Shown in pieces: positions 45,620-53,458 of a stretch of 64,000 nucleotides of DNA. Position numbers and translations under genes: made by a program. The DNA is taken from NCBI GenBank assembly GCA_017504625.1, contig JAFVQU010000016.1, positions 9,129-73,128 of the forward strand, written 5' to 3'. Position 1 is the stretch's first letter; the number at the start of each line of letters is the position of its first letter. Under the pieces are notes generated by a model that saw only the letters and a program-made list of their open reading frames with translations, did not search any database and had not been told where the DNA came from. The DNA comes from Clostridia bacterium (GTDB taxonomy: Bacteria; Bacillota; Clostridia; Oscillospirales; CAG-272).

Positions 45620-46240
45620 TCAGCGCACCGCCGATTTAAACGCGACCGCCCTGCCTATAATGTGTATCTTATCCAGCTCCTTGCCTTCAAATACGAGGGG
45701 CTGGTAATTTGCGTTTTCGGGGATAAGCATTATTTTCTGCGCGTCGGGGTAGTAATAAACGCGCTTGAGCGTTGCCTCATCGTTTATAATTACCGCCGCG
45801 ATCTCGCCGTTATTCACCATATCGGCTTTTTTTATGAAAACAGTATCGCCGTGGCAGATGCGCGCGTCCTTCATACTGTCGCCGTTTGCAATAAGGCAAA
45901 AGTCCGCGTCGGTGTCAATATCGGTTACGACCGAGCCTCCGTCCTCCTGGTTAGCAAAGACGGGATATCCGCAGGATATCTCACCGATGAGGGGAAGAAG
46001 TTTGAATTTTGACGAGCCCCGCTTTTGCATTGTGACGTCGTCGGTGTTGCCGAGCAGGAAGCTCTCGCTGACTCCGAGCGCGTTTGCGATAGCGCAGATG
46101 GCGTCTGCCTTTGGTATATACACACCGTTGACATACTGGCTCATTCTCGGCTTCGAAATACCCGTTCTGCGCGAAAGCTCAGCGGCTTTAATATTCTTTT
46201 CTTGCATTACGTGGGTAAGACGTGACCTGAAATCAACCAT
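45620..46240 (-). CDS. CI/LexA-like repressor (XRE HTH plus S24 peptidase domain)
   Basis: The N-terminal HTH (IKAAELSRRTGISKPRMSQYVNG) is XRE-type, not the LexA winged helix. The C-terminus has GDSM (Ser) and LKR (Lys) dyad motifs, and CG sits at the position of the LexA AG cleavage site. ATG 46240 lies 6 nt after AAAGGTGGTG. Confidence 0.85.
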   Translation of the reverse strand: MVDFRSRLTHVMQEKNIKAAELSRRTGISKPRMSQYVNGVYIPKADAICAIANALGVSESFLLGNTDDVTMQKRGSSKFKLLPLIGEISCGYPVFANQEDGGSVVTDIDTDADFCLIANGDSMKDARICHGDTVFIKKADMVNNGEIAAVIINDEATLKRVYYYPDAQKIMLIPENANYQPLVFEGKELDKIHIIGRAVAFKSAVR

Positions 46241-46268
46241 TTGCGCCACCACCTTTCTTTCATTTTTG

Positions 46269-46297
46269 ATTATAACACATAGTTAAGCAAATGTCAA
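46269..46297 (-). promoter_or_regulatory. Consensus promoter of the repressor gene
   Basis: Minus strand: TTGACA, 17 nt, TATAAT. The spacer contains a GTTAAGCAA operator-like half site. Confidence 0.7.
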
Positions 46298-46343
46298 CAG
46301 TTTTGAAGAAAAAAGTTAAATAAATTTAATTATCGCTTGGGGG

Positions 46344-46372
46344 TTGACAAAATAGAACGTTAGTGCTATAAT
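46344..46372 (+). promoter_or_regulatory. Consensus rightward promoter of the phage-like operon
   Basis: TTGACA (46344-46349), 17 nt, TATAAT (46367-46372), followed at once by GTTAAGattgCAAAAC. Confidence 0.7.
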
Positions 46373-46556
46373 TTGGACAGTTAAGATTGCAAAACGGGCA
46401 GAGATCGTAACAATCCTTATTTTGTAAGATAAAATCATACGGTGACGAAATCGGGGCTTTTGTCGTACTTAAAAACACCAAATTGAAAAATAAAGCTTCA
46501 ATTTATTTCCATATTAAGCATGACAGAAATACGGCTTTTATTTTTTTAACGATACG

Positions 46557-46572
46557 GTTAAGCAAACTTAAC
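46557..46572. promoter_or_regulatory. Perfect 16-bp palindrome, candidate repressor operator
   Basis: GTTAAG-CAAA-CTTAAC. Related sites GTTAAG-N4/5-(G/C)(T/A)(C/A)AAC lie at 46282-46298 and 46380-46395, with a half site at 46513. Confidence 0.5.
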
Positions 46573-46600
46573 AATATATAAATGCGCCCCTTAGCCTGTT

Positions 46601-46846
46601 TTGGAGCGCGGAAAGGTAAAGATTTTGGCGTTTGCAGGAATGTGCCCCTACTTAAAGGAAGCGAAGACGGTTGATCGCACGGTTTGCGAGTGCGCTCGCT
46701 TCACCTTTCCCGACAGGGCTTGCCGTCGGGAAATTTTATACGGATATTGCGGACATCCTACCGAGTGGAAGAATTGTCCGTTCAAGAAAGCTATGGATGA
46801 CTTTTACGAAAGGAAGTATGCTGAGGATGCAAAAAAAATCAGTTGA
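46601..46846 (+). CDS. Small Cys-rich protein (7 Cys in about 70-81 aa), unknown function
   Basis: First ORF of the rightward operon. Start uncertain (TTG 46601, TTG 46625 or ATG 46640). Cys pattern: CPY...CEC...C...C...C. Confidence 0.4.
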   Translation: MERGKVKILAFAGMCPYLKEAKTVDRTVCECARFTFPDRACRREILYGYCGHPTEWKNCPFKKAMDDFYERKYAEDAKKIS

Positions 46847-47096
46847 CGGAATTATGAGCCTTAAAAACCGTGAGATCAAAGCCTTGAAGGAGCAAAATCA
46901 GGCTCTTGAGATCACAAACACGATCATTTCAGCCTATTTGTCTGTGCTTGTCGAGAGGCTTGGCGGCGTGAGGATACCAAAGCGCGAGATCAGCGCGGCG
47001 CTTGGCGGCTTTGTCACGACGGCGCAGTCGGACGGTGAGGATTACGTGATTAAGGTTGAAAAGCTTTCTCCCGTGGGTGAGCGCGGTGAAGAATAA
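46818..47096 (+). CDS. Small coiled-coil protein, unknown function
   Basis: NREIKALKEQNQALEITN heptad-like segment. Start uncertain (46818 or 46854). Overlaps the neighbouring ORFs. Confidence 0.4.
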   Translation: MLRMQKKSVDGIMSLKNREIKALKEQNQALEITNTIISAYLSVLVERLGGVRIPKREISAALGGFVTTAQSDGEDYVIKVEKLSPVGERGEE

Positions 47097-47604
47097 CAAA
47101 TATTTAAAATGGAAGGAAACGTCGGGGCTTGAGAGCATACGCCGACTTGCCGAGGAGGGACTTTCCGACGAGGAGATAGGCATTCGCTCGGGGATAGGCG
47201 TCACGCTTTTGCGCAGATGGAAGAAAAAGATACCCGAATTCGCCGCCGCAATTGAGCTTGGGCGCGCGGGGGCAGATTACGCCGTCGTTGAGGCGCTTTA
47301 CAAGAAGGCGGTAGGGTATAACGTGTCACTTTCAAAGACGTATAAGCTCAAAAGGGTTGATTACGATCCCGAAACCGGCAAAAAGCTGCGCGAATACGAG
47401 GAGCTTGCGACGGGAATTGATGAAAATTACTTCCCGGGCGACCTCAAGGCAGAGACCTTCTGGCTTCGCAACCGCCAGCCTGAGCGTTGGAGCGAAAAGC
47501 CCACGCGGGCGCAGGGTGACGGTGAGGAGGGTGGCTTTGGAGTGGTCGAGCTTCCCGAAGCAGACACAATCGACGACGAGCCTGACAGTCCTGACGGTGA
47601 CTGA
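47056..47604 (+). CDS. Terminase small subunit
   Basis: N-terminal HTH-like LAEEGLSDEEIGIRSGIGVTLLRRWKKK, then ...VEALYKKAVGY..., typical of Firmicute phage TerS. Position is directly upstream of TerL. The start may be GTG 47086. Confidence 0.7.
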   Translation: MKSFLPWVSAVKNNKYLKWKETSGLESIRRLAEEGLSDEEIGIRSGIGVTLLRRWKKKIPEFAAAIELGRAGADYAVVEALYKKAVGYNVSLSKTYKLKRVDYDPETGKKLREYEELATGIDENYFPGDLKAETFWLRNRQPERWSEKPTRAQGDGEEGGFGVVELPEADTIDDEPDSPDGD

Positions 47605-47622
47605 GCGCGTGAGGTTAAGAAT

Positions 47623-49092
47623 ATGGTGATCTGGCGACCTCAGCCGAGGCAGGCGGAATTTATGCGGCGACTTGAGGACGAGGCGCTTTACGGTGGCGCG
47701 GCAGGCGGAGGCAAGAGCGATTGCGCGCTTGCCGAGGCACTAAGACAGATAAATATTCCGCATTACAGAGGCTTGATACTCAGAAAGACATATCCCCAGC
47801 TCTCCGAGCTTATCGACCGCTCACACGAGATCTACGGCGCGGCGTGCCGTGGCGCAGTCTACAACGAAACCAAGCATTTCTGGCATTTTCCCTCGGGAGC
47901 CAAGATATATTTCGGCTCGCTTGCACATCTTGACGACCGGTATAACTATCAGGGAAAGCGCTATGATTTCATTGATTTCGACGAGCTGACGCAGTTCACC
48001 TTTGACGAATACAGCTATCTTTTCTCGCGTAACCGACCGAACGGCCCCGGCACTCGCTGTTATATGCGTGCGCAGGCAAACCCCGGCGGCATCGGTCACG
48101 GCTGGGTAAAGGAGAGATTCGTCACACCAGCGCCGCCCCTCACGACGATATGGGAAAGCGTCAAGGTCAGGTTTCCCGACGGACACGAGGAGATACGCAA
48201 AAAATCGCGCATCTTCGTTCCGTCAACCGTCTTTGACAACAAAATATTGCTTGAGAACGATCCCGATTATCTTACGCGCCTTGCGTCCTTGCCCGAGGCA
48301 GAGAGAGCCGCTCTGCTTTACGGTGATTGGAATAGCTTTTCAGGGCAGGTTTTTACCGAATGGAAAAACGAGCCCGACGGTTATCTTGACAGAGCCTCCA
48401 CGCACGTGATCTCCCCATTTAAAATTCCGCGCGATTGGAAGGTCTACAGGAGCTTTGACTGGGGCTATTCGCGTCCGTTTTCGGTGGGATGGTACGCGGA
48501 GGACAGTGACGGAGTGCTTTATCGCATCCGCGAGCTTTACGGCTGCACGTCAACCCCGAACGAGGGTGTAAGATGGGAGGCGGCGAAGATAGCCGCAGAG
48601 ATAAAGAGGATAGAGCGAGAGGATGAAAACCTATCGGGCAGAGCTATCCGCGGTATTGCCGACCCCGCGATATATCAGAAGAACGGCGGTGAGAGTATCG
48701 GCGGTATCATGGAGAAGCAGGGAGTATACTGGGATCGCGCGGACAACTCGCGAATTGCGGGCAAGCAGCAGATACACAACCGACTTGCCTTTGACGGCGC
48801 GGGCAGACCAAGGCTGTATATTTTCTCGACCTGCCGACAGTTTATAAGGACGTTTCCGTGCCTCGTTTACGACACGGTTGACGTTGAGGACGTTGACACG
48901 TCGGGTGAGGATCATATCTACGACGAGCTTCGCTATATGTGCATGGAGCGTCCCGTAAGGGCGATATTGAAGCCTCGCGGAGAAGCTCTCCTTGTCCGAG
49001 CAGATCCCTTGGAGCTTTATACTCCGCAAAAATCCTCTTATCCCTTGCGCGCTCGCTTTTCGGAGAGCGGGGGAAGAAACACATTTTTATAA
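47623..49092 (+). CDS. Terminase large subunit
   Basis: QAEFM...GGAAGGGKSD Walker A, DFDELT Walker B-like motif, C-terminal nuclease-like region (EDHIYDELRY). Confidence 0.9.
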   Translation: MVIWRPQPRQAEFMRRLEDEALYGGAAGGGKSDCALAEALRQINIPHYRGLILRKTYPQLSELIDRSHEIYGAACRGAVYNETKHFWHFPSGAKIYFGSLAHLDDRYNYQGKRYDFIDFDELTQFTFDEYSYLFSRNRPNGPGTRCYMRAQANPGGIGHGWVKERFVTPAPPLTTIWESVKVRFPDGHEEIRKKSRIFVPSTVFDNKILLENDPDYLTRLASLPEAERAALLYGDWNSFSGQVFTEWKNEPDGYLDRASTHVISPFKIPRDWKVYRSFDWGYSRPFSVGWYAEDSDGVLYRIRELYGCTSTPNEGVRWEAAKIAAEIKRIEREDENLSGRAIRGIADPAIYQKNGGESIGGIMEKQGVYWDRADNSRIAGKQQIHNRLAFDGAGRPRLYIFSTCRQFIRTFPCLVYDTVDVEDVDTSGEDHIYDELRYMCMERPVRAILKPRGEALLVRADPLELYTPQKSSYPLRARFSESGGRNTFL

Positions 49093-49175
49093 TTGCCTCG
49101 CATTTTTGAGGGGCGAAGAAGGACATTTTTGTAATCGCCTCTCATTTTGAGAGCGCAGAAAGGACGTTTTATTAA
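49073..49175. repeat. 42-bp tandem repeat, about 2.5 copies, at the terL/portal junction
   Basis: Units start at 49073, 49115 and 49157: GAAGAA..ACATTTTT.TAAT.GCCTC.CATTTT(T)GAG.G. Confidence 0.75.
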
Positions 49176-50747
49176 ATGAACAAGGAAAAAGTAAGTGCTT
49201 TCCCCGACGTGATAAAGGCGGTATCGACGCTTGCCGACTACAAAAGAGGGAAGCGTGAGCTTGAATTGCGCCTCTCTCACGAAAGGGAGGTATGGAAAGC
49301 GGTTTATTCGGGATCGGGCTCTTCATCCTGGATATTTAACAGTATCGTAAATAAGCACGCCGACGTGATCGACAGTATACCGACCTGCGTTTGCCTGCCG
49401 AGAGAAAAGCGCGACGAGAAGGATGCCGAGAAGCTCTCAAAGATAATTCCCGTTATCAGCGAAAGATGCAATTTTGAGCAGACCTATTCCGAAAACACCT
49501 GGAACAAGCTCAAGCACGGAAGCGCGATCTACGGAGTTTTCTGGAATAGCTCGCTTGAGGGCGGACTTGGCGATATCGACATCCGTTCTCTTGATATTTC
49601 AAGCGTTTACTGGGAGCCCGGCATCACCGACATCGAGGACTCAAAAAATCTCTTTATCGTCGGATATTGTGATCCCGAGCAGCTTGAAATGATATATCCT
49701 CACTTCAATTTTGAGCGTGAGAGCGAGTCGATTGACCGCGTCGCGACGAGCGTGGGTCTTGGAGTGAAGGATGGAGAAAAATGCGCCGTTATCGACTGGT
49801 ATTACAAGAAATACTCTCAGGACGGCACCCCGATATTGCATTATTGCAAGTTCGTGGGCGGATGCGTGCTTTATAGCTCCGAGGGCGAAGAGGGATGCAT
49901 TGACGGCTGGTACGAGCATGGCAAATATCCTATCGTTTTTGACAATATGTATCCCCAGTACAGCGACGTTTGCGGCTTTGGACTTATCTCTATTGCAGAC
50001 AAGCCGCAGGAGTATATCAACCGACTTGACGAGAACATTCTCGGTTATAGCGATTGGGCATCACGCGTGCGCTTCTGGGCAAAGCGAAGCCTTGGAGTCA
50101 ACGAAAAGGATTTTCTTGATCTTGACAAGAGCATCGTCGAGGTCGAGGGCGATATCGACGAGGAAAAGCTCAAGCAGATCGAGATAGGCGCGCTTGACGA
50201 CTCGATAATCAACGTCAAGCTGCTTAAAATTGACGAGCTTAAGGAGATAACCGGCTCGCGCGACGTGTCGCAGGGCGGTATCTCGGGCGGTGTAACCGCC
50301 GCGTCGGCGATCAGTATATTGCGCGAGGCGGGAGCTAAGACCTCGCGTGACGGAATTGCCGAAACTTATCGAGCCTACGTCAAGATAATGTCGCTCGTCA
50401 TCGAGCTTATAAGACAGTTCTACGATGGGAACAGAGTTTTCCGCATCGTCGGTGATACGGGCGAGAGAGAATACCTTGAATTTTGCGGCAGAGATATCCG
50501 CGGACGCGACGGCTGCTTCAGACCCTTCTTTGATATTGAGGTCAGCGCGAGCAAAAAGTCGCCTACCGAGTCAAAGCAGAAAAACGAATTTGCCAAGTCG
50601 CTTTACGACGCGGGAGCATTTGATCCCGAAAACCGTGAGCAGACGCTTATGATGCTTGAGCTTATGGACTTTGAGGGCGTCGGCAAGCTGAAGGGCAGCC
50701 TCAGGCATGCGTCGGAGGGACACGGAAATGATAAGAGTAAGCCTTAA
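49176..50747 (+). CDS. Phage portal protein
   Basis: 523 aa, immediately after TerL. The overall pattern and acidic C-terminus are consistent with portal proteins. Called from position and size plus partial motif recollection. Confidence 0.8.
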   Translation: MNKEKVSAFPDVIKAVSTLADYKRGKRELELRLSHEREVWKAVYSGSGSSSWIFNSIVNKHADVIDSIPTCVCLPREKRDEKDAEKLSKIIPVISERCNFEQTYSENTWNKLKHGSAIYGVFWNSSLEGGLGDIDIRSLDISSVYWEPGITDIEDSKNLFIVGYCDPEQLEMIYPHFNFERESESIDRVATSVGLGVKDGEKCAVIDWYYKKYSQDGTPILHYCKFVGGCVLYSSEGEEGCIDGWYEHGKYPIVFDNMYPQYSDVCGFGLISIADKPQEYINRLDENILGYSDWASRVRFWAKRSLGVNEKDFLDLDKSIVEVEGDIDEEKLKQIEIGALDDSIINVKLLKIDELKEITGSRDVSQGGISGGVTAASAISILREAGAKTSRDGIAETYRAYVKIMSLVIELIRQFYDGNRVFRIVGDTGEREYLEFCGRDIRGRDGCFRPFFDIEVSASKKSPTESKQKNEFAKSLYDAGAFDPENREQTLMMLELMDFEGVGKLKGSLRHASEGHGNDKSKP

Positions 50748-51057
50748 AAAAGAGGGAAGCGATCTTAGATTGATCCTTTGCGGTCACGCAAATTACGCGC
50801 CGCGCGGCGAGGATATAGTATGCGCCGCGGCATCGGGCATCGTTTACGCGCTTATGGGCTATCTTCTCAATTTCGGCAAGAGCGATTTCAAGATCAACGC
50901 GGTGGAGGAGGGCTACGCGGACCTTCTTTGCGCGGATAGGTATACCGATATATTAAAGCTTGTCGTGCTTGGGCTTGTTCAGCTTGAGGCGACCTACCCG
51001 GGATACATATCGGTAGATACTAAGGTCTGGAATTGGAACGTGAGAAAACCCGCGTAA
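50728..51057 (+). CDS. Prp-like cysteine protease (ribosomal-processing protease family)
   Basis: LCGHANYAPRGEDIVCAAAS matches the His...Cys dyad context (GHA...DIVCA) of Prp/DUF464. ATG 50728 follows GGAGGGA and overlaps the portal 3' end. Confidence 0.8.
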   Translation: MIRVSLKKEGSDLRLILCGHANYAPRGEDIVCAAASGIVYALMGYLLNFGKSDFKINAVEEGYADLLCADRYTDILKLVVLGLVQLEATYPGYISVDTKVWNWNVRKPA

Positions 51058-51098
51058 AGTCACCCCTTGGGGTTTGGAAGGAGTTTACGTTTTTACTT

Positions 51099-51821
51099 AT
51101 GGAAGAAAACAGAATCGCCGCGCCCGGCGATACGGGCGGAATGGGAGGAAGCACTCCCGAGGAAATGGGGACAAGCGCCCCCGAAACAAACAACGGTACC
51201 GAAAAAAATAATCTTAATCAGAACAGTGGCTCCGTCTCGGCGGCAGGCGGAGCCGGGAACGATGACAGAACGGCAGAGCGCGAGGAATACGACCGACTGA
51301 TAAAGACGAGATTCAAGGATTTCTACACAGAGGACACGCAGAGGATGATAAACCGTCGCTTTAAGCACTATAAGACTCTTGCTGAGAAATACAAGACTCT
51401 CGAGGATTCCTTTTCGCAGAGCTCGCCCTCGCGCATCTCTGACGGGGAGCTGCTTGAAAGGATAAAGGCGGGTGCTGACGAGATAAGCGCAAAGCATAGT
51501 GATTTTTCGCTTGACGAGGCTTGCTCGTCCGAGCAATTTATCTCGCTTGCAAGACTTGCGCTTGAGGGTGGCTCTATCAGCTTGTCACAGGCGTATAAGC
51601 TCTCGTTTTTCGACAAATTGCTATCGATGGAAAGAGAGAGAGCCGAGCGCGAGACAGAGCAGAGAATATACGACAAGATAAGATCGGGCCGCGCGCGCGG
51701 ACTTGAAAACGCAGTTCTGCCAAGGACGGGAGCGAGGAGCTTTTCCGCCTCCCGATTGACCAAAAACGACAGAGCCGAGCTTGCCAGACGAGCCGCCAAC
51801 GGCGAGAAGATCGGCTTTTAA
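51099..51821 (+). CDS. Putative scaffolding protein
   Basis: Position between the protease and the capsid gene. It has a low-complexity acidic N-terminus and helical, charged repeats. No specific motif. Confidence 0.5.
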   Translation: MEENRIAAPGDTGGMGGSTPEEMGTSAPETNNGTEKNNLNQNSGSVSAAGGAGNDDRTAEREEYDRLIKTRFKDFYTEDTQRMINRRFKHYKTLAEKYKTLEDSFSQSSPSRISDGELLERIKAGADEISAKHSDFSLDEACSSEQFISLARLALEGGSISLSQAYKLSFFDKLLSMERERAERETEQRIYDKIRSGRARGLENAVLPRTGARSFSASRLTKNDRAELARRAANGEKIGF

Positions 51822-51924
51822 AGGAGATATAACAATATGTCCCGATTTGAAAGAATAATCAACAAAATTTTAATTTTCCTCTTCTTATTTTTGAGAAGAG
51901 GCGCGAGGAAAGGACACAGAAAAC

Positions 51925-53205
51925 ATGACAGAAATAAAGACTAATCTTCAGCTCTTCGGTGCGGGCGAGGCGGTGCTTGGCACTGAGGGCGTTATCAATG
52001 CGGATAATGGCAACGTAAAGGCTTACGGTATCGGCGAGGGACTCTCTGAGGAGATGAAGACCTACTATTCCGACTACCTTATCGACAACGCGGAGCCCGC
52101 GCTCGTTCACGATCGCTTCGCGCAGAAGCACAAAATTCCCACGGGCAACGGCAAGACCATTCAGTTCCGCAAGTACGATCCGCTTCCCAAGCTCACCTCT
52201 CCCATCGCGGAGGGTGTTACCCCCACAGGTCAGACCATCAATATGGGCACTCTCAACGCGACCGTCGCTCAGTACGGCGGCTACGTTGAGCTTACCGACC
52301 TTCTTATTATGACCGCTATCGACAATAATCTTTGCATGGCGACAAAGCTTCTCGGCTCTCAGGCAGGCAGAACGCTCGACTCTATCTCAAGAGAAGTGCT
52401 CGTAGGAGGCACAAACGTTCAGTACGGCGAGGGCAAGGTAAGCTCTCGCGCGCAGCTCGTCGGCGGGGAGGCTGAGGGCAACCATTATCTTACCGTTGAC
52501 GCGGTTCGCCGCGCGGTGAGATTCCTCAAGAATCAGAACGCAGAGAAGATCGACGGCGCTTACGTTGCGATCATTCATCCCGATTGCGCTTACGATCTTA
52601 TGAGCGATCCCAACTGGAAGTATCCCCATCAGTATGCTGATCCCTCCGCAATTTTTGAGGGTGAGATCGGCAAGATCGAGGGCGTAAGATTTATCGAAAG
52701 CACCGAGGCAAAGGTATTCCACGCAAACGACCTTGCCGAGAACATGAGAACTCTTACAGTGTCGGGCTCTGCAAACGGTGACACCGTTAATTTCTCGACC
52801 GACGCAACCGTTTATGAGGGTGCGCTTATCGGCAGAGAGGTGCTTATCGACGGCAAGAAGTATTACGTTTCGGCAAACACCGCTTCCTCTATGACCCTTT
52901 GCACCGACAGCACCAAGCAGACCGCGGCAAACGTAAATTGTGATAGCGGCACTATCATCTATCCCGGTGAGGCGGGCGCGTGCGGAGTTGACGTTTACGC
53001 AACTCTCGTATTTGGCGACAACGCTTACGGTACTACCGCGCTTTCCGACGGCGGACTTGAGCATATCGTAAAGCAGCTTGGCAGTGCGGGCAGCTCCGAC
53101 CCTCTTAACCAGAGAGCGACTGTCGGCTGGAAGGCAACAAAGGTCACTGTTCGTCTTGTTGAGGCGTTCATGATCCGTATCGAGACCGCGGCAAGCGCGG
53201 CTTGA
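51925..53205 (+). CDS. Major capsid protein
   Basis: 426 aa. The N-terminus MTEIKTNLQLFGAG is L27-like and resembles a Prp-cleavage motif. ...GKTIQFRKY... and ...VAQYGGYVELTD... are typical of Firmicute phage major capsid proteins. Confidence 0.85.
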   Translation: MTEIKTNLQLFGAGEAVLGTEGVINADNGNVKAYGIGEGLSEEMKTYYSDYLIDNAEPALVHDRFAQKHKIPTGNGKTIQFRKYDPLPKLTSPIAEGVTPTGQTINMGTLNATVAQYGGYVELTDLLIMTAIDNNLCMATKLLGSQAGRTLDSISREVLVGGTNVQYGEGKVSSRAQLVGGEAEGNHYLTVDAVRRAVRFLKNQNAEKIDGAYVAIIHPDCAYDLMSDPNWKYPHQYADPSAIFEGEIGKIEGVRFIESTEAKVFHANDLAENMRTLTVSGSANGDTVNFSTDATVYEGALIGREVLIDGKKYYVSANTASSMTLCTDSTKQTAANVNCDSGTIIYPGEAGACGVDVYATLVFGDNAYGTTALSDGGLEHIVKQLGSAGSSDPLNQRATVGWKATKVTVRLVEAFMIRIETAASAA

Positions 53206-53260
53206 TAAAAAACAAGCCAAGCAGCTTGATTTATAAAGTTGTATCGGCTTGAAAATAAAA

Positions 53261-53289
53261 GCCAAGCCCTTTATTTCAAAGGGCTTGGC
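53261..53289. terminator. Strong hairpin downstream of the capsid gene
   Basis: GCCAAGCCCTTT-atttc-AAAGGGCTTGGC. An A-tract lies upstream but no T-tract lies downstream on the plus strand, so orientation and function are ambiguous. Confidence 0.5.
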
Positions 53290-53458
53290 ACCCCAAAATA
53301 TAAAATAAAAAAGAAAAAGCCGCGTATGCGGCGGACTGCGTGAAAGGCTTGCGAATTTCAGTAGTGAAACAAACTTTTTCACGCGCGAATTTTGCCTGAC
53401 GGACAAAATTCATCGATTATTTTTTTTAGCCGCGTATGCGGCGGAAAGGTTTTATAAT

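Noticed and set aside
45620-46252. Host SOS repressor LexA
   Set aside because: The N-terminal DNA-binding domain is XRE/Cro-CI type rather than the LexA winged helix, and the gene sits divergently from phage packaging genes. I interpret it as a CI-like element repressor. The ORF-track GTG start at 46252 lies inside the RBS, so ATG 46240 is preferred.
46350-46366. LexA (Cheo) box in the rightward promoter spacer (AGAACGTTAGTGC)
   Set aside because: Only the GAAC half matches the Firmicute GAAC-N4-GTTC consensus and the second half is absent. The GTTAAG-type repeats are a better operator candidate.
52387-53406. 339-aa ORF on the minus strand
   Set aside because: It is antisense to the major capsid gene and extends into the hairpin-rich spacer. 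No supporting signals.
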